A DNA stretch of 64,000 nt from Bacteroidota bacterium (lineage in GTDB: Bacteria; Bacteroidota; Bacteroidia; Chitinophagales; Chitinophagaceae), in NCBI GenBank assembly GCA_018267965.1, contig JAFDXK010000001.1, positions 1,195,520-1,259,519 on the forward strand, read 5' to 3'. Within the stretch, counting starts at the first letter, position 1, and the number at the start of each line of letters is the position of its first letter. The notes under the pieces are model-generated. The model ran no database searches. It was given only the letters and a program-made list of their open reading frames with translations, and was not told where the DNA came from. Shown here piece after piece: positions 48,480 through 58,574 of the stretch. The position numbers were made by a program, and so were the translations under genes.

Positions 48480-50453
48480 TTACTTTAACGTTTCATCCAG
48501 CCATTTATAAAACTCCCTGTGCCAAGCTACACCATTCTGAGGGTGTAGTATCCAGTGGTTTTCGTTAGGAAAATACAATAGTTTGCTTTTGATGCCTTTT
48601 AACTGGGCTGCCTGAAAAGCTTCCAAACCCTGCTCAATAGGTACACGATAATCGATACCGCCCTGAATGATCATAATTGGTGTGTTCCACTTAGCAATAA
48701 AATTGCTCGGATTGAACAGCTCGTAACTTTTAGGAACAGGTTTGTTCCAGTATGCACCTTCTATGTCCCAATTAGCAAACCAAAGTTCTTCGGTAGTACC
48801 GTACCAGCTTTTAAGGTCAAACAACCCATCGTGAGCAATAAATGTCTTAAACCTGTTTTCGTGCATACCTGCCAGCATAAACACACTATAACCACCATAG
48901 CTTGCACCCACACAACCCAGGCGATTTTTATCTACAAATTTTTCTTCGGCTACAGCATCTATTGCTGCTAAATAATCTCTCATCGGTTGTCCGCCCCAGT
49001 CTTTACTAATATCTTCATTCCATTGCACGCCCCAACCCGGCATACCTCTGCGGTTTGGCGCAACAACTATATAACCATTTGCTGCCATCAGTTGGAAATT
49101 CCAACGGTAGCTATAGAATTGTGATAATGCTGATTGCGGTCCACCCTGACAATACAAAAGTGTTGGATATTTTTTCTTAGGATTAAAATCAGGAGGATAA
49201 ATAACCCATACGCCCATTTGTTTGCCATCCGTAGTTTTCACCATGCGCAATTCTGTTTTGCTCATGCCGATTTTACTGTATGCTTCATCGTTAGCATGCG
49301 TTAATTGTTTCATGCTGCCATCTTCTGTATTAACGAGATATAACTCTGCTGCATGGTTCATATCCGTGCGAGACACCACCAAACCTCTTTTTGCTTGTCC
49401 TTTGATACCTGCAATGTCAAATACACCATCAGTAATTTTATGTACAGCAGGCAATATCTTGCTATACAAATTAGCAGGAACACCAACCTCAAATAATTGT
49501 ACTGTACCTTTCCAAGGCGCATTAAAGAATATACGTGTAGATGTAGAATCCCAAACAAAGCTTTCAATTGTACCGTCCCAGTGACCCGTAAGATTTACTT
49601 TGTAGGCATCTTTGGAGCCTAAGTCCATTACATAGATGTCTGTTTTATCCGCTTCAAAGCCATCGCGCCTCATGCTAGTCCACGCCATGCGTTTGCCATC
49701 AGGACTGAACAAAGGTGCCATATCATAGCCCATCATATTAGCTGTCCAGTTGGTAGTAGTACCTGATTTGAAATCATAGTAATAGATATCAGTGTTTGTG
49801 CTTTGAGCATATTCCTTACCCACTTTCTTTTTGCTTACGTAAACGATGCCTTTACCATCAGGTGTGAAGACAAAATCCTCATCACCACCAAATGGCTTTT
49901 GGGGACAGTCATAAGGCTCATTTAATTGAATATCTTTAATATCACCTGTCTCAGGATTCATGATAAATACGTGAGAGTATTTACCATCTTCCCATGTATC
50001 CCAATGTCGATAAATGAGGTCTGTATATACCTGCATAGTGGTTTTAGGAAGGTCTTTATGAATGTCACTTCCATTCATAGGTGTAATTAAGACCTCCTTT
50101 GTAAAGGCAATATATTTTTTATCGGGTGATACTTTTACATTTTCTACTCCTTCTGTATTCAGCTCTATTCCTTCTTTTCCTTTGCTGGTTATTACTTCAT
50201 AAGTTTTTTTAACATTAGGAACTGGTATTATTTCAGCAACAGTACCTTTAGCAATATTGAGCTTATAATGTTTGGTTACACTTTTTTCAGTGGTGTAATC
50301 GTATTGCTTTTCGCTGTAAAAAAGTGTTTTGCCTGATTTGCTAATTTCTTCAGCACTAACGCGCTTCAGACTCCATAGTGTTTCAGGCGTCAAATTATTT
50401 TGTGCCTGAGCAGCAAAAGAGCCCATCAAAAACAGAAAAAATATTTGTTTCAT
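48480..50453 (-). CDS. S9 family serine peptidase (prolyl oligopeptidase / acylaminoacyl-peptidase type)
   Basis: 657 aa with a signal peptide, an N-terminal beta-propeller region and a C-terminal alpha/beta hydrolase carrying the GASYGGY nucleophile motif. Confidence 0.8.
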   Translation of the reverse strand: MKQIFFLFLMGSFAAQAQNNLTPETLWSLKRVSAEEISKSGKTLFYSEKQYDYTTEKSVTKHYKLNIAKGTVAEIIPVPNVKKTYEVITSKGKEGIELNTEGVENVKVSPDKKYIAFTKEVLITPMNGSDIHKDLPKTTMQVYTDLIYRHWDTWEDGKYSHVFIMNPETGDIKDIQLNEPYDCPQKPFGGDEDFVFTPDGKGIVYVSKKKVGKEYAQSTNTDIYYYDFKSGTTTNWTANMMGYDMAPLFSPDGKRMAWTSMRRDGFEADKTDIYVMDLGSKDAYKVNLTGHWDGTIESFVWDSTSTRIFFNAPWKGTVQLFEVGVPANLYSKILPAVHKITDGVFDIAGIKGQAKRGLVVSRTDMNHAAELYLVNTEDGSMKQLTHANDEAYSKIGMSKTELRMVKTTDGKQMGVWVIYPPDFNPKKKYPTLLYCQGGPQSALSQFYSYRWNFQLMAANGYIVVAPNRRGMPGWGVQWNEDISKDWGGQPMRDYLAAIDAVAEEKFVDKNRLGCVGASYGGYSVFMLAGMHENRFKTFIAHDGLFDLKSWYGTTEELWFANWDIEGAYWNKPVPKSYELFNPSNFIAKWNTPIMIIQGGIDYRVPIEQGLEAFQAAQLKGIKSKLLYFPNENHWILHPQNGVAWHREFYKWLDETLK

Positions 50454-50484
50454 AATTGGTTGTTATAATGCGTTAAAAATATCT

Positions 50485-51987
50485 CTAATTACGTTGAGGT
50501 TTATCCCGCTTTTCGGGGGATGTAACAGGCTCAGGGGCCTTCTTAGGCGGTTCAAAATCTATAATATTATCCCATCCGGCCTTTAGAGCGATAGCTTCCA
50601 TATAAGGTATTACGTCCTCTGGCTGTATCTTCTCGAAAAGATTACCTGTATCCCATTTACCATTCCTGTTCTTATCTACAATTATCCTCATCTTATAATC
50701 TCCGGGAACTAACTTCGATAACTTTACCACTGTATCTGCAACAGGCTTGTTATGAATGGTATCAGCATCTCTGCACACCATCAGCATGTGTTGATTGCTA
50801 TGATATTTTGAAGGCAGATGAATTTCGAGTTTTGCGTAGTCATCATCATTCTGTGTGCGAAAGGCGAACTTACCTGGGAATGGTTGATTGCCTATAGAAT
50901 CTGTTGCAAAACCCTTCAGTAATTTTACAGTATATAGGGCATCCTCTTTCCACGGAACAGTAATCTTTAGTTGCTCTTTCTTTACAGAATCTCTAACTAC
51001 ATCAAATGCTGATTCAATTGTTATGTCAGAACTGTCGTAACTAATAAATATGCGATTCTTATTAAAGGAGTCTATCTTTCTTGAGAATGTAATAATTAAA
51101 GGCTTGGTAACATCAAAAGTGCGGCGGTTAATATTAGAAGTATCTGCCTGTACTACATAAGTAAGTGGCATTTTGTCTTCCGCTTTAGTTTTATTCGTCG
51201 CCACAGCACCTTTCCTGTCTGTAGCTTTCAACAAAGCAGTATCCACAAAAGGTTCTTCAAATACCTTCAATGTAATCGTATCAACACTGCTATCTGCAGG
51301 TTTTACATACCTGTTCAGGAAAGCTATCTTTTCATTCTTACCATCGTACACCAAATTATTATTGGCGTCGTGCATAGCATATATCCTGAATTTCTTTGCA
51401 GGCAAGCCTGAAAAATAGAAATTGCCACCAGTAGATTTAGTGATGTAAGAAGGCTTTTCTTTTACTACAGCACTGTCTGATTTTGTTGCGTCATACAATG
51501 CAATAACAGCATCACCATCAGGTAAGCCTGTAGCAGCATCATAAACCGTACCTTTCAATTCCAATGAATCGAAATAACTACCCGTACTAAACTGGTAGGT
51601 ATAAGGTTTCATCACATTGCCTTCGTGCACATCTTTGATAGCATTACCAAACGAAATTCTATAAGTAGTATTATTCTGCAGCAGCGAATCGGGTATTTTA
51701 ACTACTACCCTTTTGCCATAAGAAAGTGCACTGATAGGAATCGTCAACAATGGCGAAATTTGTATTTCTTTAGATACATCAGTAACCGTCACAAATTCAT
51801 TGAAATGCATTTCGATTTTACTGACACGAGTATTTAGCAATGAATCGCCAGGAGTAATTGACTTTAACTTTGGAGGATAAGTATCCTTTTTACCTCCTTC
51901 GGGAGGCACTATATTAGCGCAGCCTGCACTGATGAAAAGTATGACGAAGAGAAGGAAACGGTTAGCCGAGAGCTTCATTTGGCTCAA
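50485..51987 (-). CDS. Hypothetical lipoprotein with Ig-like domains
   Basis: 500 aa with a signal peptide plus lipobox (ISAGCAN) and beta-rich Ig-like segments. Confidence 0.45.
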   Translation of the reverse strand: MSQMKLSANRFLLFVILFISAGCANIVPPEGGKKDTYPPKLKSITPGDSLLNTRVSKIEMHFNEFVTVTDVSKEIQISPLLTIPISALSYGKRVVVKIPDSLLQNNTTYRISFGNAIKDVHEGNVMKPYTYQFSTGSYFDSLELKGTVYDAATGLPDGDAVIALYDATKSDSAVVKEKPSYITKSTGGNFYFSGLPAKKFRIYAMHDANNNLVYDGKNEKIAFLNRYVKPADSSVDTITLKVFEEPFVDTALLKATDRKGAVATNKTKAEDKMPLTYVVQADTSNINRRTFDVTKPLIITFSRKIDSFNKNRIFISYDSSDITIESAFDVVRDSVKKEQLKITVPWKEDALYTVKLLKGFATDSIGNQPFPGKFAFRTQNDDDYAKLEIHLPSKYHSNQHMLMVCRDADTIHNKPVADTVVKLSKLVPGDYKMRIIVDKNRNGKWDTGNLFEKIQPEDVIPYMEAIALKAGWDNIIDFEPPKKAPEPVTSPEKRDKPQRN

Positions 51988-52077
51988 AAATAAGATTTAA
52001 GGGTTGTCTTTTAGTATTTGTACGTAGGTTTGTATAAGTTTTTGAAAAAAGGAAGTCGATAATCAAAAAAAAGCGAT

Positions 52078-52623
52078 ATGTTATTAAGTTATTTATTGAT
52101 GTTCAAACTATTATTTACAGCTGCACCAACGCCGAATCCTGATATACCTAAATCCATTTATGATTTTAAGGTTGCCGGGCTTACGGGAGGTACAATAGAC
52201 TTCTCCCAATTCAAAGGAAAGAAGATACTGATAGTAAATACAGCTTCTGAATGCGGATATACACCCCAATACGAAGGACTGGAACAACTGTATGAAAAAT
52301 ATAAAGACAAACTTGTTATAGTTGGTTTCCCAGCCAACAACTTTGGCTCACAAGAACCGGGAAGCAATGAAGAGATAGCCGGTTTTTGTAAAAAGAATTA
52401 TGGTGTTACCTTCCCTATGGCAGCTAAGATATCTGTAAAAGGAGATGACATGGCACCGATATATCATTGGCTTACTGAAAAACAATACAATGGCTTTGAC
52501 AACACCAGTGTAAAATGGAATTTTCAGAAATACCTTATCAATGAAAAAGGTGAACTGGTAGGGGTATTTTATTCTCCTGTTAAGCCGATGAGTAAAAAAT
52601 TAACAGAAGCAATAGAACAATAA
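52078..52623 (+). CDS. Glutathione peroxidase (Cys-type)
   Basis: 181 aa with NTASECGYT, FPANNFGSQEPG and WNFQKYLI motifs. Confidence 0.9.
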   Translation: MLLSYLLMFKLLFTAAPTPNPDIPKSIYDFKVAGLTGGTIDFSQFKGKKILIVNTASECGYTPQYEGLEQLYEKYKDKLVIVGFPANNFGSQEPGSNEEIAGFCKKNYGVTFPMAAKISVKGDDMAPIYHWLTEKQYNGFDNTSVKWNFQKYLINEKGELVGVFYSPVKPMSKKLTEAIEQ

Positions 52624-52646
52624 TTTTCTGCAATGAATAATATGAC

Positions 52647-52674
52647 AAAATCCCTCTCTTTGAGAGGGATTTTG
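52647..52674 (+). terminator. Rho-independent terminator after the glutathione peroxidase gene
   Basis: aaaatccctctc-tttg-agagggattttg. Confidence 0.7.
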
Positions 52675-52712
52675 CATTTACAAGATGTGTCCATCCATCT
52701 TGTGTTTTTTAA

Positions 52713-52967
52713 TTAATAACGCCACCTTCTACCATATCCTCTATGCCAGCAATGACGAGGCCTGCCATAATAACCATATCCGCCATAATAGCGTGGACGT
52801 GGAACGAATACCGGTGCAGGCACTACAATTCTTGGTATAGGTGGCGCCAGGAACACTCTATGTGGCCTGCAATGCCATCTTCCCCATCCTCTCGCATCTG
52901 CATTATTAAAAGAACTTACTACTAACATTACCGCCAATATCCCGGTAATCAAAAACCTGTTTCTCAT
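52713..52967 (-). CDS. Small secreted Arg/Tyr/Gly/Pro-rich protein
   Basis: 84 aa with a signal peptide. The mature part is extremely basic and aromatic (RGWGRWHCRPHR...YYGGYGYYGRPRHCWHRGYGRRWRY), shares a VPAPV motif with the neighbouring gene and has two Cys. Confidence 0.5.
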   Translation of the reverse strand: MRNRFLITGILAVMLVVSSFNNADARGWGRWHCRPHRVFLAPPIPRIVVPAPVFVPRPRYYGGYGYYGRPRHCWHRGYGRRWRY

Positions 52968-53016
52968 AACCTAATGTTTTCTATGAGACATCATTTGAAA
53001 TAAAAGGTTTAATACT

Positions 53017-53367
53017 TTATGGTAAAGGAGGATGCGGTGGTAATGGAGGGTGTGGTGGCAATGGCACATGGCGTGGTAAAGGAGGATGCGGTGGCACCGG
53101 CACATAACGAGGATGTGGAGGTACAGGTACTACTACCGTGCGTGGATGATGGTAGTAATACACCCTGCGTGGGTGATGATAATATACTCGAGCAGGAACC
53201 GGCGCAGGAACATATACAGTTCTGTAATGTCGCGGGTAATAATAATGATGATAATACCTTCTTTCGCGGCAGTTACCACGTCGCCCATGACCGGCAAAAG
53301 CAGAATCAATTGCTGTGGTGGTAAGCAATATTGCAAGTAGTATTGCTCCCATTATCTTGTTTTTCAT
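53017..53367 (-). CDS. Small secreted His/Pro/Tyr/Arg-rich repeat protein
   Basis: 116 aa with a signal peptide. The mature part is YYHH/PRHY-rich and ends in PPHPPLP repeats. The DNA carries a roughly 56-bp tandem duplication (ggtaaaggaggatgcggtgg at 53021 and 53077). Confidence 0.5.
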   Translation of the reverse strand: MKNKIMGAILLAILLTTTAIDSAFAGHGRRGNCRERRYYHHYYYPRHYRTVYVPAPVPARVYYHHPRRVYYYHHPRTVVVPVPPHPRYVPVPPHPPLPRHVPLPPHPPLPPHPPLP

Positions 53368-53442
53368 AACAATTCATTTTATGGTTCACAATCTATTTAG
53401 CACTAAATTAATACCACAGTTATTCTTGAATGCTATGAAATC

Positions 53443-53472
53443 TGTTAAAATAAAATAGCGCCCGTACAAGGC
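53443..53472 (-). terminator. Rho-independent terminator downstream of the biotin carboxylase gene
   Basis: tagcgcc-cgtacaa-ggcgcta hairpin. The reverse complement is followed by ttttatttt. Confidence 0.6.
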
Positions 53473-53506
53473 GCTATAAATAATAATGTTACGATTAATT
53501 AATAAT

Positions 53507-54988
53507 CTATCTGCGTCTTAGTTTCCAGTTGCTCACTTGTATAGTTGAGGTAGTGGCAGTTACATTTTTTTGCTTGCTGCTATTCCATATTTCTGCAGCA
53601 AGTAATGATGCAATTTCTTCAGCTTCAGGATTCTCTTCAACCAGGTATTCAGGCTTGAAATATTTATCAATGAATTTCGTATCAAAATTTCCGGAACGGA
53701 ATTGTTCTGTTCTAACAGCCCATTTACCAAAGCTCAGTGTTGTTTGTATACCCTTGATATGATATTCATCAATTGCCCTGCAAAGCCTGTCAATGGCTTC
53801 ATCTCTGGTTGCTGCATGCACCACCAATTTAGCAATCATAGGGTCGTAGAATATAGGAATATCCTGTCCCTGCTCATAACCATCATCTACACGTACACCC
53901 GGACCTTTAGGGGGCTGGTACATTTCCAGTTTACCGGTATCAGGTAAAAAATTATTCATCGGGTCTTCGGCACAAACACGCAACTCTAATGAGTGGCCGT
54001 TTATTTTTAAATCATCCTGAGAGAATGATAATTTATTACCACGTGCTACATTGATTTGTTCTTTCACAAGGTCTATGCCTGTTATCATTTCTGTTACGCA
54101 ATGCTCTACCTGCAAACGGGTATTCATTTCAAGGAAATAGAAATTCAGATTTTCATCTACAAGAAATTCAACCGTTCCTGCACCATAATAATTACATGAA
54201 CGAGCAACAGCAACCGCACTTTCGCCCATCGCCTTACGAATATCAACAGTAAGGCAGCTTGACGGTGCTTCTTCAACCAATTTCTGATGCCTGCGTTGTA
54301 TAGAACATTCTCTTTCGAAAAGATATACGTAGTTGCCATGCTGGTCACCTACCAGTTGAATTTCTACGTGACGTGGTGCTCCAACATATTTTTCAATAAA
54401 CACCGCATCATCACCAAATGCACTCATCGCTTCGCTCTTAGCAGTACGCATCTGCTCTTCCAGTTCCTCTTCGTTATTTACAACCCTCATTCCTTTACCA
54501 CCACCGCCAGCAGATGCTTTTATCAAAATAGGATAACCTATACGTGATGCAATTGTTTTTGCCTCAGCAGCATCTTTAATCGGGTCTTCTGTACCGGGCA
54601 CCATTGGTACATTGAATTTTTTAGCTGCCTGCTTTGCAGCTATTTTACTACCCATCATTTCGATAGACCTGGCAGAAGGTCCTATGAATATCAAACCTGC
54701 ATCAGCAACTGCTTTAGAAAAGCTTGCATTCTCACTTAAGAAGCCATAACCCGGGTGGATGGCATCTGCACCTGTTTCTTTTGCTACCTGTATTATTTTA
54801 TCTGCGCGAAGGTAAGATTGTGATGAAGGTGCAGGACCAATGCAAACTGCTTCGTCTGCATACCTTACAAAAGGCATATTTCTGTCAGCTTCTGAAAAAA
54901 CAGCTACGGTTTTAATACCCATCTCTTTTGCAGTACGCATTACACGCAAAGCAATCTCGCCACGATTGGCAACCAATATTTTTTGCAT
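53507..54988 (-). CDS. accC: Biotin carboxylase (acetyl-CoA carboxylase subunit AccC type)
   Basis: 493 aa with MQKILVANRGEIALR, an ATP-grasp domain and a biotin carboxylase C-terminal domain. No adjacent BCCP gene. Confidence 0.8.
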   Translation of the reverse strand: MQKILVANRGEIALRVMRTAKEMGIKTVAVFSEADRNMPFVRYADEAVCIGPAPSSQSYLRADKIIQVAKETGADAIHPGYGFLSENASFSKAVADAGLIFIGPSARSIEMMGSKIAAKQAAKKFNVPMVPGTEDPIKDAAEAKTIASRIGYPILIKASAGGGGKGMRVVNNEEELEEQMRTAKSEAMSAFGDDAVFIEKYVGAPRHVEIQLVGDQHGNYVYLFERECSIQRRHQKLVEEAPSSCLTVDIRKAMGESAVAVARSCNYYGAGTVEFLVDENLNFYFLEMNTRLQVEHCVTEMITGIDLVKEQINVARGNKLSFSQDDLKINGHSLELRVCAEDPMNNFLPDTGKLEMYQPPKGPGVRVDDGYEQGQDIPIFYDPMIAKLVVHAATRDEAIDRLCRAIDEYHIKGIQTTLSFGKWAVRTEQFRSGNFDTKFIDKYFKPEYLVEENPEAEEIASLLAAEIWNSSKQKNVTATTSTIQVSNWKLRRR

Positions 54989-55027
54989 CCCGCTAAGTTA
55001 ATGGATTACCAGCTTGAGAGGTAAATA

Positions 55028-55477
55028 TTATTCTTCTGTATTAAGTGTTGTGCCTTTGCCGTATTTCACGAACATATATAAATATAACACCCGCGAAATC
55101 CGCATCAGCCATGGCTGTAGGACTATAACAATGAGAATACTTGTAATGAGATAATAAAAAATACTATTATCCTTTGCTGATATGCCGAAAATAGCCCAAT
55201 ACCAAGCAAGATTAATAAAAAACAATGCAACCGACAGCGCATAACTCACATAACCGGTACCATAGAAAAACCCTACTTCCAGTTCGAACTTTTGACCGCA
55301 AACGGGGCAATGTTCGGGCATTTTCAACATTTCTGATAAAGGAAAAATACTCTTGTTCGTATACATATGCCCTTTACGGCAATTGGGGCATTTCATATGT
55401 AACATACTTGGTAATATTGCCGGCTTGTCTGCAGACATCCTGTATATTTTTCGCAAAGTTACGAGGTAATATCGCAC
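55028..55477 (-). CDS. DUF983-like zinc-ribbon membrane protein
   Basis: 149 aa with CPNCRKG...CPVCGQKF zinc-ribbon cysteines followed by two TM helices. Confidence 0.5.
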   Translation of the reverse strand: MRYYLVTLRKIYRMSADKPAILPSMLHMKCPNCRKGHMYTNKSIFPLSEMLKMPEHCPVCGQKFELEVGFFYGTGYVSYALSVALFFINLAWYWAIFGISAKDNSIFYYLITSILIVIVLQPWLMRISRVLYLYMFVKYGKGTTLNTEE

Positions 55478-55515
55478 TACCTATAATAATCTTTATAAGT
55501 AGTTATTGAATTGCT

Positions 55516-57327
55516 CTATTCTTCTGCACTATTAAAATATTGCCATATGATTCGGGCTTTGGTAGCTCCTACTACTCTGGTCAATTCTCGCTCTGTTAGC
55601 GTTTTGATATTTTTTATAGAGCGAAACTCCTGCAATAGTTCCGTCGCAGTTTGCTCACCGATACCTCTGATAGATTCCAGTTCATTTTTGAATGTGCCTT
55701 TGCTACGTGTATCTCGATGAAAAGTAATACCAAAACGGTGCACTTCATCCCTTATTCTGCGGACGAGCATATGTGCCTGGCTATCATAAGGTAGCTTTAT
55801 AGATTCCGTATCACCGGGGAAGAATATTTCTTCTTCGCGTTTTGCCAAACCCACCAAAGCCATACGACCAGTGAGACCCAATTTTTCTATACTTTCCAAA
55901 GCAGCCCCTAATTGTCCTTTACCTCCATCTATTATTACTAATTGCGGTAATGGTTCTTTTTCCTTCACCAACCTGAAATAACGGCGATAGACTACCTCTG
56001 ACATAGAAGCAAAATCGTTGATGCCCTCTACCGTTTTGATATGAAAATGACGATAGTCGGCCTTAGCAGGTTCTCCATTCTTAAAACAAACCATGGCTGC
56101 TACAGGATAAGCGCCTTGAAAATTGGAGTTATCGAAGCACTCAATATGCGATGGCAGCTCAGGCAACTGTAGTGCATCCTGTAAATCTTCTAATACCTTT
56201 AATGTATCTGCTGCGGTAGCTTCTTTTACAGACAACACAGCCTTTTTCTTAGCCTCGTATTTAGCAATTACGGCATTTTTCTCGCACAGCTCCAGCAAGT
56301 CCTTTTTATCACCGACCTTAGGTATAGTTAGTTTAATGTTTTCATCGGCCACATCTATCATTATAGAGGTAATGATCTCCTGCGAGGTACTTTTAAATGT
56401 ATCTCTGAAATCGGCAACACACAAAGACAGAATATCTTTATCCTCTTCATCTATCTTCTTCTCTATCTTTAATGTTTTGGTATGAATAATGCTGCCATCT
56501 ACCACCATCATATAACTAACATAGGCATTACTTTCATCGCTCATAATGGCAGCAACGTCAACATTACCCAACCGTGTATTCACCACAGTCGACCTGCTCT
56601 GGTAGTTTTGCAAGTCTTCAATCTTCTTTTTTAATACCGCCGCTTTTTCAAAGTGCAACGTTGATGCTTCGGTATTCATTTCTTCCTTCAGGTATTTGAT
56701 AACATCTCTTGTTTTACCCTTAAGGATATTCTTTACGTGCTGCAGATTAGTGCTATAATCCTCTTCAGACTGAAAACCCTGGCACGGGCCTTTACAATTG
56801 CCCAAATGATATTCGAGACATACTTTGTATTTGCCTTTAGCAATGTTCAGTGGCGATAAATTGAGATTACATGTGCGCAATGGTATATTTTGCTTCACAA
56901 AGTTCAACAACTCCTTGACTGCAAATACCCCTGTAAACGGCCCTATATACTCTGAACCATCTCTTATTACCCTGCGCGTTAGGAACACCCTGGGAAAGTG
57001 TTCTTTCTTAATCACGATAAAGGGATAGGTTTTATCGTCCTTCAGGCTGATATTGAATCGGGGTTGATAGTTTTTGATCAATGAATTCTCAAGAAGGAAT
57101 GCATCGTGTTCATCATTGGTAATAGTAAATTCTATACGATGTATTAATGATACCAGCTTCTGGGTTTTGAAGCTGTCATGTACTTTATTGAAATAAGAAC
57201 TGACACGCTTGATAAGGTCTTTCGCCTTGCCAACATATATAAGCTCATTATTCGAGTTATAGTATTTATAACAACCCGGCTCATGCGGTATCGTCGGCGC
57301 TATTTTATCAAACTCTTCCTTGGTCAT
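55516..57327 (-). CDS. uvrC: Excinuclease ABC subunit C
   Basis: 603 aa with an N-terminal GIY-YIG domain (GCYKYYN...ELIYVGKAKDL), a UvrBC-interaction region and a C-terminal RNaseH-like plus HhH domain. Confidence 0.9.
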   Translation of the reverse strand: MTKEEFDKIAPTIPHEPGCYKYYNSNNELIYVGKAKDLIKRVSSYFNKVHDSFKTQKLVSLIHRIEFTITNDEHDAFLLENSLIKNYQPRFNISLKDDKTYPFIVIKKEHFPRVFLTRRVIRDGSEYIGPFTGVFAVKELLNFVKQNIPLRTCNLNLSPLNIAKGKYKVCLEYHLGNCKGPCQGFQSEEDYSTNLQHVKNILKGKTRDVIKYLKEEMNTEASTLHFEKAAVLKKKIEDLQNYQSRSTVVNTRLGNVDVAAIMSDESNAYVSYMMVVDGSIIHTKTLKIEKKIDEEDKDILSLCVADFRDTFKSTSQEIITSIMIDVADENIKLTIPKVGDKKDLLELCEKNAVIAKYEAKKKAVLSVKEATAADTLKVLEDLQDALQLPELPSHIECFDNSNFQGAYPVAAMVCFKNGEPAKADYRHFHIKTVEGINDFASMSEVVYRRYFRLVKEKEPLPQLVIIDGGKGQLGAALESIEKLGLTGRMALVGLAKREEEIFFPGDTESIKLPYDSQAHMLVRRIRDEVHRFGITFHRDTRSKGTFKNELESIRGIGEQTATELLQEFRSIKNIKTLTERELTRVVGATKARIIWQYFNSAEE

Positions 57328-57334
57328 TATTCAC

Positions 57335-57898
57335 TTATAGAAAACGATACTCAACCCTTAAATCTTTTTTATCAGATGCCCTGCCCGATTCAAATTCCTG
57401 TATGCTTATTGTCTTTACAGGTATATAAAACAATCTTTGCGTCCTGCCACCCCACTGGTTTTTCTTTAGGGTTTCGATATATATTGATTTTATTTTACCG
57501 CTATACGCATCGGCAGATATTTGCAGTTTCTGGGTAAATAATGCATTGGATTTTGCCTCGTAATAATAATTACTAGTCTGTGTAGCATCATCTGAAAAGT
57601 TTGAAAAGCTATACTGTCCTTCAAACTTAGGGTCGCTGATATCGGTATCAAAAAATATCTTAAACACATCACCCCACTTCACCTCATAAGCATTGGTAAT
57701 TACACTGTCAGATTTGCCGTTAACATTCACATACTTGATGATACCGAAAGGTTGCCCGCTGTATGTCTTCCACTGATCGGCTATATATTGCTTGATAGAA
57801 AAATATGCCCCATCATCTTTAGGTTGTTGTTGCTCCTGTTTTTGTTTACACGATATGCACAGAAAAGATATAACAATTAATATCCCTGAAAGTTTCAT
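57335..57898 (-). CDS. Hypothetical lipoprotein
   Basis: 187 aa with a signal peptide plus lipobox (CISCKQ). Confidence 0.4.
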   Translation of the reverse strand: MKLSGILIVISFLCISCKQKQEQQQPKDDGAYFSIKQYIADQWKTYSGQPFGIIKYVNVNGKSDSVITNAYEVKWGDVFKIFFDTDISDPKFEGQYSFSNFSDDATQTSNYYYEAKSNALFTQKLQISADAYSGKIKSIYIETLKKNQWGGRTQRLFYIPVKTISIQEFESGRASDKKDLRVEYRFL

Positions 57899-57921
57899 AA
57901 CTCTAAATTAGCGAGAAAAGA

Positions 57922-58500
57922 TCAATTGAGCTGCGGGTTGGAAGGCAAACTAAGTAAAGGCAAGTACTCCTTGCCTAACGAAATAACTGCAGCTCTCCAC
58001 GTTTCTGTGGTATCAGTATCAAAAACCAATTTCTCAGTAGGATTGCCCACATACCATGAGCCTATCTTTAACTCATCTAACAGCTGGCCTGCAGACCATC
58101 CTGCATAACCAATAAACAGGCTCAGGTCCTGGGTATTATATTGTTGTTCAGCAATCACTTTATCCAGTTCAGTATTGGTTATACCCCAATATACCCCTTG
58201 TGCTACTTCTACACCACCCAGTTCAGGCAACCTGTGCAACACATGTAAAGTATCAGTTTGAACAGGGCCACCCTCTTTCAGCACAATATCATCTGCTGTA
58301 TAATCTGGCAATAAATCTTTCAAAGTAAGCTGCGTAGGCTTATTTATGATAAACCCGACTGTTCCCTCTTCATTATGCTCACAAATCAATACAACAGCTC
58401 GGCCAAAGTTCGGATCGGCAAGAAAGGGTTCGGCTATCAATAGCTTACCTGCCGATAGCTCACTGCTGTAATCTTGTTTAGGAATATTGAAAAAATCCAC
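57922..58500 (-). CDS. YqgE/AlgH family protein (UPF0301)
   Basis: 192 aa with the conserved LLIAEPFLADPNFGRAVVLICEHNEEG N-terminus. Confidence 0.8.
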   Translation of the reverse strand: MDFFNIPKQDYSSELSAGKLLIAEPFLADPNFGRAVVLICEHNEEGTVGFIINKPTQLTLKDLLPDYTADDIVLKEGGPVQTDTLHVLHRLPELGGVEVAQGVYWGITNTELDKVIAEQQYNTQDLSLFIGYAGWSAGQLLDELKIGSWYVGNPTEKLVFDTDTTETWRAAVISLGKEYLPLLSLPSNPQLN

Positions 58501-58574
58501 TATGTTAAATATAACTATTTATAAGAGAATAAAATAATGGCGTTATTTTTACATATTGAACGGCGCAATATAGT

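Noticed and set aside
53019-53340. Plus-strand ORFs (101 aa, 84 aa) and a minus-strand 67-aa ORF overlapping the His/Pro-rich gene
   Set aside because: They are antisense or alternate-frame translations of a low-complexity repeat region with no start context. The minus-strand 116-aa frame has a signal peptide and a terminator context.
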